Part shown: piece after piece, positions 1 to 8,857 of the stretch | How positions within the stretch are numbered: the first letter of the stretch is position 1 | Layout of the letters: every line of letters starts with the position of its first letter | NCBI GenBank assembly: GCA_021811535.1 | Contig: JAJZOF010000020.1 | Span: 177,077-241,076 of the forward strand | DNA length: 64,000 nucleotides | Origin: Candidatus Micrarchaeota archaeon | GTDB lineage: Archaea > Micrarchaeota > Micrarchaeia > Micrarchaeales > CABMGC01 | Direction: 5' to 3' | Made by a program: the position numbers and the translations under genes | The notes under the pieces: generated by a model | The model's database searches: none | What the model was told of the DNA's origin: nothing | What the model saw: only the letters and a program-made list of their open reading frames with translations

Positions 1-221
1 AGTGCATCTGCCTCTTTTATCTTCCTTTTTAGCTTGACGACTTTCTCAGGCGGGTTGCTCTCTGTATCTTGATTGTATTCAGGTATTCCAGATAGATCAA
101 AGATTTCAAGTTCCGAATTATCTGGCATCATTTTCTTGGCAGCGTATAGCAGAGCTGTATTATATGAGCCTTTTCTGAGGCTGCCTGAGATCCCAAGTAT
201 CCTTACTTCTGTGCCGTGCAT
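1..221 (-). CDS. NADPH-dependent FMN reductase (ChrR/SsuE-like flavoprotein), runs off the window start
   Basis: Manual translation MHGTEVRILGISGSLRKGSYNTALL...LEIFDLSGIPEYNQD...IKEADAL contains the GSLRxxSxN FMN-binding motif; not in the ORF track because it is truncated. Confidence 0.88.
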   Translation of the reverse strand, partial: MHGTEVRILGISGSLRKGSYNTALLYAAKKMMPDNSELEIFDLSGIPEYNQDTESNPPEKVVKLKRKIKEADA

Positions 222-266
222 ATAGGAATATTTAAATTATATTTGTACCATTTCAGCGTATGCTAT

Positions 267-407
267 TCACTTGCCTCCTATCTTGAACATCTTTGTGCCG
301 CAGACTGGGCATTTGCCGGATGTTGCCTTCTTTCCGTTCTTCATTGTAACTTCCTTAGCCTCTTTCATCTCCTGCTTCTGCTTACATTTTACACAATATG
401 CTTCCAT
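267..407 (-). CDS. 46-aa zinc-ribbon microprotein, DUF5679-like
   Basis: Manual translation MEAYCVKCKQKQEMKEAKEVTMKNGKKATSGKCPVCGTKMFKIGGK; two CxxC; SD-like GGCGA 4 nt before the ATG. Confidence 0.85.
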   Translation of the reverse strand: MEAYCVKCKQKQEMKEAKEVTMKNGKKATSGKCPVCGTKMFKIGGK

Positions 408-460
408 TTTATCGCCAATTTATTGTTGTATTTATAATATAAAAATTCGGCGGTTTGGGC

Positions 461-994
461 TTAGTCCTGATTCTTGCGGCCTCTTTTGGGCATGCCCTTT
501 GACAGAGCCGGATTTTTAGCATAATCATCCTTTGCTTTTCGGCCCTGGCTGTCGATCTCGCCGCGCGCTATTCTAGTTGAAGATATAGGCCTGCCGTCGT
601 ACGCCTTCGCATAACCTACAACAGTTATCTTTATCGTGTGTCGTTTGTTTTTCCTTCTTATTGAGTTTATCTCTCTTGCGGCCTCTGCAGTTTCCGGGCT
701 CACTACTATATAATCAAAATCCTCTGTCAACGTAGGCCCGTATTTATCTCTTAGCGGGCTTATTTTGTACTTTTTGTTGTATTTTGAGACAAATTCCTTA
801 AGTTGCCTGAGCCGCTGTCGGTAACTCTGAGATGTTGATTTGTGGTTTTTTACATAGTTGTCAGTGGTAAGGCCTATGTATACACTATCGCCTATTGAGA
901 AAGCCTTGCGTAAAAGCTTCTTGTGGCCTTTGTGCAGGAACGCAAACGTGCCTCCGACTACTGCTTTTTTCATGAACGCATATCCGCTTCCCAT
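461..994 (-). CDS. coaD: Archaeal phosphopantetheine adenylyltransferase (start may be ATG at 973)
   Basis: VGGTFxxLHKGH (HxGH), IVVSPET and ISSTRI motifs. Confidence 0.88.
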   Translation of the reverse strand: MGSGYAFMKKAVVGGTFAFLHKGHKKLLRKAFSIGDSVYIGLTTDNYVKNHKSTSQSYRQRLRQLKEFVSKYNKKYKISPLRDKYGPTLTEDFDYIVVSPETAEAAREINSIRRKNKRHTIKITVVGYAKAYDGRPISSTRIARGEIDSQGRKAKDDYAKNPALSKGMPKRGRKNQD

Positions 995-1076
995 GTTTAT
1001 TAATTGGAGCGTTGCGATAATGCCTTAATATAGTTATAGGTATATTTTATACAGTAATTATCGTCAGAGTGTTAAC

Positions 1077-2327
1077 TTGAAAAAATTTTCTGATATGCAG
1101 CTTAGGCAGGATCTTGTAGCTGAACTTGAAAGGATGGGCTTTACCACGGCTACTGAGGTTCAGGAGATTGCACTTCCGATCACACTGAGCGGACGCGATG
1201 CGATAGTGAGGGCAAAGACCGGCTCTGGGAAGACCATAGCATTCTTGATGCCGATAATGCAAGGCTCTAGAAGAGAACGCGGGATATATGCAGTTATACT
1301 TGCGCCGTCGAGGGAGCTTGCAGTGCAGATATTCTCGGTTACAGACAGGCTGGCACGTGCAGTGCATGAAAAGGCAGTGCTCGTATATGGAGGGGTATCG
1401 ATAAATGCGCAGATAGACAGGATAAGGCAGGGGGCCAGTATATTGGTAGGCACACCGGGGCGTGTCCTGGATCTCATGGAGAGGGGGGCGCTGAGATTTG
1501 ACAAGGTACGCTTCCTTGTCCTTGATGAAGGAGATACGATGCTTGATATGGGTTTTATAGCCGATATCGAGAGGATAATATCAAGCGTGCCTGAGAACAA
1601 ACAGCTTCTTCTTTTCTCCGCGACAATGCCGAAGGAGATTGTAGGCATAGCCCAGAGGCATATGAAACGTGATTACGCAACGGTGATAGTAGGCAAGGAA
1701 GACGAGCTTTCGGTAAAGACCATAACGCATTTTTATTTTGTGGTTCCGCGAAATCTTAAGTTTGCTGCACTTCTTGCTTATATAGACCAGAACAAGCCCA
1801 GGAAGGCGATAATATTCGTTAGGACGCAGAGAGAAGCAGACCTTGTATACAAAGTTATAATAGAGCAGGGTAACGACGCGATGGTGCTTCATGGAGGCAT
1901 GACGCAGGCGAAGAGGGAGACCTCACTGCACCATTTCAGGAACAGGTCGCAGTTCTTGATAGCAACAAACGTAGCGGCACGTGGGCTTGATATAGAAGGC
2001 ATAACCGATATAATAAATTTTGACGCGCCCGAGGATCCTTTTGTTTATGTGCATAGGGTAGGAAGAAGCGCGAGGATGGGAAAAGAAGGAAGGGCTTTTA
2101 CCCTGATAACTCCGAATGAAAAAAGCATAGTCAATGATATAGTCTACGATGCCAATGTAGATTTGAAGGAAATAAAATTAAGCGTGGAGAAATATAGGAA
2201 CATCAAGATTCCGTGGAGCAGTGGCAGGAGGCGCGAATTCGGAAGAGGAGGAGACAGGGAGCATAGAGGCGGGTTCAACAGGAGTTACGGAAGGCCTCAC
2301 AGGGGAAGAGGAGGCAGGTTCGGTTAG
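1077..2327 (+). CDS. DEAD-box ATP-dependent RNA helicase
   Basis: Q motif, AKTGSGKT, GTPGR, DEGD, SAT, ARGLD, HRVGRSAR and an RGG-rich tail. Confidence 0.95.
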   Translation: MKKFSDMQLRQDLVAELERMGFTTATEVQEIALPITLSGRDAIVRAKTGSGKTIAFLMPIMQGSRRERGIYAVILAPSRELAVQIFSVTDRLARAVHEKAVLVYGGVSINAQIDRIRQGASILVGTPGRVLDLMERGALRFDKVRFLVLDEGDTMLDMGFIADIERIISSVPENKQLLLFSATMPKEIVGIAQRHMKRDYATVIVGKEDELSVKTITHFYFVVPRNLKFAALLAYIDQNKPRKAIIFVRTQREADLVYKVIIEQGNDAMVLHGGMTQAKRETSLHHFRNRSQFLIATNVAARGLDIEGITDIINFDAPEDPFVYVHRVGRSARMGKEGRAFTLITPNEKSIVNDIVYDANVDLKEIKLSVEKYRNIKIPWSSGRRREFGRGGDREHRGGFNRSYGRPHRGRGGRFG

Positions 2328-2393
2328 ATAATGTCCATTTTGTATTAGCTTATAAGCTTTTGCAGTGGAAATATTATAACAAAAAGTGAATGT

Positions 2394-2633
2394 ATGGGAA
2401 TAAGAGTAGAAAGAATAGACTATGTGTCTTTTGCGAAGTTTTATGCCATAATTTCTGGCATAATAGGGCTCCTGTACGGATTGGTAGGTTTTGCAGCAGG
2501 GCCTGCAGCAGGAGTAGTTACCTTGGTCATCGGGCTCGTAGGAGGCCTGATAGGAGGATTTATAGGTGGATTGGTTTTTGCTCTTCTGTACAACGTCCTC
2601 TTCAAGAGAGTAGTTACTTTTGAAGTAAACTAA
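2394..2633 (+). CDS. Small two-TM membrane protein (DUF3566-like architecture)
   Basis: 79 aa, two Gly-rich hydrophobic helices, followed by a T-rich tract. Confidence 0.7.
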   Translation: MGIRVERIDYVSFAKFYAIISGIIGLLYGLVGFAAGPAAGVVTLVIGLVGGLIGGFIGGLVFALLYNVLFKRVVTFEVN

Positions 2634-2680
2634 TTTTATTTTTATTTTTTTTCTTTTTGTTTGCTATTTTTTAATTTTTA
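2634..2680 (+). terminator. T-rich archaeal intrinsic terminator candidate
   Basis: Long oligo-T runs directly after the stop codon at 2633. Confidence 0.55.
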
Positions 2681-2695
2681 TGTTTAGGTTATAGT

Positions 2696-2860
2696 ATGTC
2701 GGAATTTATGTGCAGCCAGTGTGGGAGCGATGAGGGCACAATATACGCATGCGGAAGCTGTGGAGGATATTTTTGTTCTGCGTGCGTTGTGCGAGGGAAC
2801 AATTCCATAATATACTGCCCCCAATGCTCTCCTCAATGCTATGTAGCGCATCAGGGATGA
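2696..2860 (+). CDS. 54-aa Cys-rich zinc-finger microprotein
   Basis: Manual translation MSEFMCSQCGSDEGTIYACGSCGGYFCSACVVRGNNSIIYCPQCSPQCYVAHQG; four CxxC pairs; ends 12 nt before the MFS start. Confidence 0.75.
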   Translation: MSEFMCSQCGSDEGTIYACGSCGGYFCSACVVRGNNSIIYCPQCSPQCYVAHQG

Positions 2861-2872
2861 TGCGGGAGTTTT

Positions 2873-4306
2873 ATGGCAGAGAAGGGGATATCGCTATTGA
2901 CAGAAAGGCACAAGAACATGATATTGTTCGTGCTTGTGCTTGGAGTCATGATGTCGGCCATAGACAGCACCATAGTGCTCCTTGCGCTGCCGGTGATGGT
3001 GCAGCAGCTCCATTCGAGCATAGCCACAATGATATGGGTTATATTGATTTACATACTTGTCGTCTCAGTAGCTTCAACACAACTTGGTAAGATAGGGGAC
3101 ATCTATGGAAGGAGCAGGATGTTCAATCTTGGCTTTGCAGTCTTTACCGTTGCCTCTTTCTTCTGCGGGCTTGCGCCTACCGATATACTTCTCATATTCG
3201 GAAGGGGTGTGCAAGCCATAGGAGGGGCGCTGATGCAATCTAATAGCGGCGCTATAATTGCAGACACTTTTGACAGGAAGAGAATCGGGAGGGCTTATGG
3301 CTTTACTTCGCTTGGCTGGGGATTTGGATCTGTTTTGGGCATCGTCTTAGGAGGCATAATAACCACTTTTGTCGGATATAGATATATATTTTATATCAAT
3401 GTACCGATAGGCATTGTTGCTGTAATTTTCGGGATTAGATATCTTAGGGATGGACTTTTATCGAAGCGCAAGATCGACTTGTTCGGCATGCTTATGCTGG
3501 CAGCTTCCTTGCTGCTAATATCTTATAGTGCAATAACAATATCCACAATAGGGTTGGATTATGCTAATTTCATTATGCTCTTATTTGGCGTGGGATTGCT
3601 CTACTTGTTTATAAAGATCGACAGGAAGGCAGCAAGCCCTACAATCAACTTCAGCGCTTTTGGGAACAGGATACTCAGGAATTCCATGCTTGCCTCTTTT
3701 TTTCAGAGCCTTGGATATATAGGGGTTGTATTTGCACTTATAATGTACCTTCAGGGAGTGCGTGGGATAAGCCCTTTCAATGCGGCGTTGCTGCTCGTGC
3801 CGGGTTATATAATAAGCAGCTCTCTTGGACCTTTCATGGGTCGCTTTTCGGATAGGTATGGGGCAAAAAAGATAGCCACAGCAGGCATATGCCTCATGGC
3901 TGCTGGTGTAGTAGTTTACCTTACAATGACTGCAACTTCTTACATATACATAGTTATATTGGGTTCGGTTCTTGCTGGGACTGGTTCGTCAATGTTTTAT
4001 CCTGCAAACAATAGTGCGGTAATGTCAAATGCGGAAGCACATTCGTATGGGAGTATCTCTGGGCTTCTCAGGCTCATGGGCAACCTTGGTACTCTCGGTA
4101 GTTTTGTTATGGTTATAACTGTCGCCTCTCTTGCCGTGCCGCGCGCGGTCGCATTTGAAGTTTTCATAGGCACATCGAAGATAGTAGGAGGCATATCGAA
4201 GGATTTTATGGTAGGATTTCATGCAGTAATGATAACTTCTATAATTATACTTGCTATAGCCGGAATACTATCCTGGACAAGAGGGAAGGAAAATAGAGGC
4301 GGATAG
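2873..4306 (+). CDS. MFS transporter, DHA2 (EmrB/QacA-like) family
   Basis: About 14 TM helices; IDSTIVxxALP, GxxxDxxGR motif A, WxxxxY and IFYINVPIG. Confidence 0.92.
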   Translation: MAEKGISLLTERHKNMILFVLVLGVMMSAIDSTIVLLALPVMVQQLHSSIATMIWVILIYILVVSVASTQLGKIGDIYGRSRMFNLGFAVFTVASFFCGLAPTDILLIFGRGVQAIGGALMQSNSGAIIADTFDRKRIGRAYGFTSLGWGFGSVLGIVLGGIITTFVGYRYIFYINVPIGIVAVIFGIRYLRDGLLSKRKIDLFGMLMLAASLLLISYSAITISTIGLDYANFIMLLFGVGLLYLFIKIDRKAASPTINFSAFGNRILRNSMLASFFQSLGYIGVVFALIMYLQGVRGISPFNAALLLVPGYIISSSLGPFMGRFSDRYGAKKIATAGICLMAAGVVVYLTMTATSYIYIVILGSVLAGTGSSMFYPANNSAVMSNAEAHSYGSISGLLRLMGNLGTLGSFVMVITVASLAVPRAVAFEVFIGTSKIVGGISKDFMVGFHAVMITSIIILAIAGILSWTRGKENRGG

Positions 4307-4522
4307 TTGTAGACTCTGTTGGTATTGTTTTTATATTGCTCACTCGATTCTTTGTCTGTTGCAAGTCTTTTTGCTTCTCAATATGCAATTAGGTGTATTT
4401 GGAATTGCCATTAAAGTATATCCTGTTTATGAAAGACTTTATCTGAGAGTATTCTAATTTATTTAACAATGAGCAAGAAAGTATCTTATTACACTTTATT
4501 ATTCTTTTAGCATATGTTTTAA

Positions 4523-5038
4523 ATGTTCAAAGGTGAGACAATAATAAAATATGAAAGTTTATTGGATAATGGCAAAATCAATGTAAAAATAATTGATGAA
4601 GCATGCCCGAACACCCCAGGAGTTTATTTTTATATATTAAGAAAGAGAGAAGAAGCCGTAAGATACCCGTTTGGACCAAGCAGGATAGTTTATATAGGTA
4701 AATCTGAGAACTTACGCAAGCGAATTAAACATCATTTTACCACAGATATGAAAAAGAAATTGCCTGGCTCTCACACGTTAGAATGGCCTTATCAAAATTA
4801 TTTTACTGAAAATTCCTCTATGAAAGTCGACATTTTGCTTAAAGAATGTGAATGTAATACTGATTTTGAACTGCTTTTACTCGGAGAGTTCTTTAAAAAA
4901 TATGGTGCACCGCCTCTTTGTAATGGTTCAGTACAAAGGAAAAGGTTATCTGCAGTACTGTCTGATTCAAAATTAAAGGCCTTGAGCGGCACTGCACGTA
5001 AACTCATATCTGAATTAGATGAGCCCGAGGGGATTTGA
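4523..5038 (+). CDS. GIY-YIG nuclease family protein
   Basis: PGVY...VYIGKSENLRKRIKHH, conserved E and N; AT-rich; its 3' end overlaps tRNA-Lys. Confidence 0.82.
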   Translation: MFKGETIIKYESLLDNGKINVKIIDEACPNTPGVYFYILRKREEAVRYPFGPSRIVYIGKSENLRKRIKHHFTTDMKKKLPGSHTLEWPYQNYFTENSSMKVDILLKECECNTDFELLLLGEFFKKYGAPPLCNGSVQRKRLSAVLSDSKLKALSGTARKLISELDEPEGI

Positions 5039-5094
5039 ACCCCTGACTTGGTGGTTAAAAGCCACCCACTCTAGCCAAACTGAGTTACGGGCCC
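5020..5094 (-). tRNA. tRNA-Lys(UUU)
   Basis: Reverse complement GGGCCCGTAACTCAG...GGTGG-CTTTTAA-CCACC...GTTCAAATC...CGGGCTCA forms a cloverleaf with anticodon TTT. Confidence 0.95.
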
Positions 5095-5140
5095 TATGTT
5101 GATTTTGATTGTCTTTTCTAATTAGGTTGCCATTATAAGT

Positions 5141-5184
5141 TAGGAAGTTGACAAATTTTAAGTCTTTCTGTTGAATATGCTTTT
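5141..5184 (+). mobile_element. Orphan copy of the left end of the IS at 7095-8137
   Basis: TAGGAAGTTGACAAATTTTAAGTCTTTCTGTTGAATATGCTTTT nearly matches 7095-7138 (3 mismatches by eye). Confidence 0.85.
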
Positions 5185-5436
5185 AGGAACTTGATATTTG
5201 ATCTCAATTGGCCTTATTTTATTTCATACATTTGAAATTCTAAAAGACTTCCATTTCAAAAGTAATTTTGCATCAGAATACTGAGAAAAAGAGATGGTTA
5301 TTCCTGATAGAACAAGCTTCGAGAATGCATATTTCTCATTTGACTGCATTCATCAATCGTATTTTGGGACAAAACCCTAGTTATGCGATAAAGTAAGTTA
5401 TTTAAATTGCCTAGACAAATAATTTAGTGTTGTTAA

Positions 5437-6039
5437 ATGGCTACTGAAAAGGTCTTATTTCAAGTATTATATACTAGTTGGAATGTTCCAAATTTTGTCG
5501 GTGGAGGCAGTATTATAAGTCCTGAAGGGCCTTATGGAGGAACTGAAGCTATACTTACAGCTACATTTACTAATACTAGAATAATTGCCACAGAGTTGCA
5601 GGGCGATGCAAAGGAGTATGCGGATAAGATATGGCTTAAGCTCGGTGGAGGTGGGTTGCTTTCTAGGTTTGCAATTGCGACGGGAGGATTACCTAACAAA
5701 CTAGAAAAATTATTTAACGAACTTAAGTCATTGCCAGATAATAAGCAGATACTTACTAAAAATGTAAATATTAATATGAATTATGGAAAGACGGATTACG
5801 GATATCGTGCAAGCGATATCTATGTTCCCATGGAAATAGATTATAGGAAGGTTAAGAAGGTTGTGGTTTCTGGGCCTGGTATTATGTCTGCAGGGTCATG
5901 TAGTGTGAAATTTGACTGTGGATTGTTTAGAGGGTTAAACCGCCCTATGAAATTTTGGGCAAAAGACTCATTGCAGGATAGAATAGAGGAACTTATAAAA
6001 TTAACTCCTTTGGCAGATAAACTTGTAGATAATTTGTAG
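5437..6039 (+). CDS. Hypothetical protein (200 aa)
   Basis: Long ORF in an AT-rich island with a TTTAAAT box upstream; no family recognised. Confidence 0.7.
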   Translation: MATEKVLFQVLYTSWNVPNFVGGGSIISPEGPYGGTEAILTATFTNTRIIATELQGDAKEYADKIWLKLGGGGLLSRFAIATGGLPNKLEKLFNELKSLPDNKQILTKNVNINMNYGKTDYGYRASDIYVPMEIDYRKVKKVVVSGPGIMSAGSCSVKFDCGLFRGLNRPMKFWAKDSLQDRIEELIKLTPLADKLVDNL

Positions 6040-6247
6040 TTGCGTTTTTTTCAGATAAAACAGTATAGAGATTATTATATTCTGCGTGCAAAGGATTCGT
6101 TCCTATAATATTTAGGTGTTTCTCACATAAATATTATGAAATGTTTGACTGTAATAGCAGATAGGTACAACTTTGTTGGATATGATTGTACGTATAAATA
6201 TGAATGAGGTATTTGTACAAATGTATGCATCTGAGAATCAATTATGC

Positions 6248-7072
6248 CTAATCTAGGCCAAGCGCTCTGGATACAAGAGCGTTTATGTCGTTCGATGCTG
6301 TTGATCTGTTTATGGAGGAGTTCGATAAAAATATGAGCTGCACTAAAGACGCATTATACTTTATTACACATGCTGACCCGAAACTGTTTTCTGAAGGTGA
6401 AGATAATACAGCGTAGAAACCTGATGCGCCATTTTGCAAAGTAAGGTTAATAGGTCCTGTACTGTTTACTCCGACAGTGTTTCTTGATATATAAGAGATA
6501 AATGACTTTCCTTCAGTGTCAAGTGCTCTTGTTGCAACAGTAGAATTAATATAATTGACCCTTACGAGTAGTAGGAACTGCGAGGAAGGCCCGCTCATTG
6601 ACACGATAGAAATGTTTGTGCTAAGATTTTCCCAGGTTGTATTAGTTATAGGGTCCATGTAATTCAAGCCTCGGAAGTACTCGGATGAACTATTTATCCC
6701 ACTGGTGGAACCGCTATAATAATCTGGCGAAGACCACGTACCACCAAAAATCTTATCTATATAAATAGGGGTTATCGAACTGGATAAATAACTATTATTT
6801 GCCGCCTCAGCTAATATGCTTGTAGAAGTTAAAATTGTAGTAGTGTAATTAATGCTATGCGGAGTTGAGTTCTTGTTCGGAGCAGAAGTACTGTACGTAG
6901 GTTGGCTGCTGCTTGATTTGTAGAAATTTATTAGGGCAGCTAAAATCAGAATAATTACTATAATGGCTATAATAGACTTTATAGGCACGCTTTTTTGTGG
7001 TTTTGTATATTGTGCATCAGGCGAATGATATGGTCCGCTGACACCCTGTGTTGCATCGCTTGGGTTTCCCAT
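6248..7072 (-). CDS. Membrane-anchored Ser/Thr/Asn-rich surface (glyco)protein
   Basis: One N-terminal TM helix (IIAIIVIILILAALI), S/T-rich linker and many N-x-S/T sequons. Confidence 0.75.
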   Translation of the reverse strand: MGNPSDATQGVSGPYHSPDAQYTKPQKSVPIKSIIAIIVIILILAALINFYKSSSSQPTYSTSAPNKNSTPHSINYTTTILTSTSILAEAANNSYLSSSITPIYIDKIFGGTWSSPDYYSGSTSGINSSSEYFRGLNYMDPITNTTWENLSTNISIVSMSGPSSQFLLLVRVNYINSTVATRALDTEGKSFISYISRNTVGVNSTGPINLTLQNGASGFYAVLSSPSENSFGSACVIKYNASLVQLIFLSNSSINRSTASNDINALVSRALGLD

Positions 7073-7094
7073 GTTATAACTCTATGCATATTGT

Positions 7095-8137
7095 TAGGAA
7101 GTTGACAATTCTTAAGTCTTTCTGTTGAATATACTTTTGGGGGTTTTTCTCTCTCTTTTTGTCGTCGTAAGATGATAAGTGTGAGGTCTCCTGCGGCCAT
7201 TAGTCGGCCTTGCCAGGAGACAAATTAACATGAATATAGAAGAGTTGAGTAATAAAATACCAGAGGTTTGTGCTGCTGCGCGTGTAATAGTGCAGCACTA
7301 CGGGCATACTAGGAGGTTTGCCAAACATATCGTCGCATTAGTGATAAAGCAGATAGAAGGATTGACTGATGTAGAACCCGTGGATCTCGTCAGTATGAGG
7401 ATTGGAAGAATAATTGGTTACAGGAAAAGGCCAGATTATTCTACCTTCTCTAAGGTCGGAGAACGTGCAGAACCAGAAATATTCGAAGAACTGAACAACT
7501 GGATCCTACAGGACAGACTTAACGGAAGGCAGATACGGCTAATAGCGCAGGACAGTACTGACGTTCCCGCATTTTCGCGTAGGGACAAGTATGCGAGAAC
7601 TGGGCATAGGACTCCATCAAAGAGGGAACAGGAAGACGCAAACGGGAATGCGAATGATATGTTCTTCGGATATAAACTTCATGCAGTTGCAGATGCAGAA
7701 AATGTGGTTCCGATAGGGTTCTATATTGCACCTGGGAACAGGAATGACAAGGTTTTCTTCGGTGAATTGATAGGGCAAGTGAAGAGGAAGTTTAGACTTG
7801 CTTTCGGTGCAAAATATCTCGGAGACTCTGCGTATGACTCTACTGACATACGCGAACATCTGCATTATCACGGAATAAAGGATGTTATTGCAATAAATGG
7901 AAGAGGACATAGAAAATCCGAAACCCCGAAGGATCCTGAATATGGGAAAAGATGGGCAATAGAGAGGATATTCTCAAGACTGAAAGAAGTATTTGGTCTT
8001 GCAAAGAATAGGTTCATTGGTATGAAAAAGGTGTCAATTCACATCTATTCGTGCCTGATTGCATACTTGATGGTTTATCTGATGTGAGTGGTCATGTGTG
8101 TTGACGATGGTGGTTGTATGTAGATGTCAACTCCCTA
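7095..8137 (+). mobile_element. Complete insertion sequence (1043 bp), DDE_Tnp_1 type (IS4/IS5-like)
   Basis: 13-bp terminal inverted repeats TAGGAAGTTGACA (7095-7107) and TGTCAACTCCCTA (8125-8137) with 1 mismatch; 7-bp direct repeat ATATTGT at 7088-7094 and 8138-8144. Confidence 0.92.
7230..8087 (+). CDS. DDE transposase
   Basis: DSTD, FGYKLH, GDSAYDS and RWAIERIFSRLK motifs. Confidence 0.93.
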   Translation: MNIEELSNKIPEVCAAARVIVQHYGHTRRFAKHIVALVIKQIEGLTDVEPVDLVSMRIGRIIGYRKRPDYSTFSKVGERAEPEIFEELNNWILQDRLNGRQIRLIAQDSTDVPAFSRRDKYARTGHRTPSKREQEDANGNANDMFFGYKLHAVADAENVVPIGFYIAPGNRNDKVFFGELIGQVKRKFRLAFGAKYLGDSAYDSTDIREHLHYHGIKDVIAINGRGHRKSETPKDPEYGKRWAIERIFSRLKEVFGLAKNRFIGMKKVSIHIYSCLIAYLMVYLM

Positions 8138-8282
8138 ATATTGTGTGTGCTTATAATTATATAAACTACACGCTATTACTCTAACAGGGCTATCTGAAGA
8201 GTAGTTATAGTGTGCCGGCGGTTTATAGGTATGATGCAGTCGGCTTAAATAGTACATTTTATATCATAATATCAGTGGCGCA

Positions 8283-8729
8283 ATGAGAGAATTTAGCAAA
8301 ATTCCTGCTGCGAAAGATGTAGTTAAGGAGGCAAGATCAGTATTGCTTAAGGATACTGGATTAAAGAGGGTTTATTTTGCGCATGCACAGCCAGATTATG
8401 GAACTAAAGAAGAGGCACATCAGCTGGATCTTATAGAAAAGGCCTTTTGGGCTGTGGATATAGTAAACCCTGCTGATGTGAGGGAGCATAAAATAAGGGA
8501 TATGCAGTTTTATCTGGATATTGTAAGGGAATGTGATACTCTTGTCTTTACCAGATTTCATGGTTTTGTTCTGGGAGGAGTAGGACTTGAGGTTGAATTT
8601 GCAATTGAATCAGGTAAAGAAGTGTACGAGATTTCGGGGAACCGTCTTATAAGAGTTATTAATGTGCCTGAATATCTTGGGCATGACGAGACAGTGGCAC
8701 TTTTTGTTAAACTCGGATTGAGGAAATAG
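8283..8729 (+). CDS. Nucleoside 2-deoxyribosyltransferase-like (NDT-fold) hypothetical protein
   Basis: VYFAH...IVNP...CDTLVF...GVGLEVEFAIESGKEVY pattern. Confidence 0.6.
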   Translation: MREFSKIPAAKDVVKEARSVLLKDTGLKRVYFAHAQPDYGTKEEAHQLDLIEKAFWAVDIVNPADVREHKIRDMQFYLDIVRECDTLVFTRFHGFVLGGVGLEVEFAIESGKEVYEISGNRLIRVINVPEYLGHDETVALFVKLGLRK

Positions 8730-8857
8730 GAAATTATTTTGGTAATTGGCAGCTTAAATTACTGCTTATCTGTATAGCAGGACAGATCGGCAGTAGTCAT
8801 AGGAAGGGTTAAAATAAGGTCTTGGTATTTATTTTTGACGTTTTTGGATTGGTATGT

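Noticed and set aside
5141-5379. MITE bounded by the orphan IS end and GGACAAAACCCTA
   Set aside because: The right end matches the IR only weakly and no TSD is present.
7102-7107. TTGACA in the IS inverted repeat as a -35 promoter
   Set aside because: A sigma-70 element is not meaningful for archaeal RNA polymerase.
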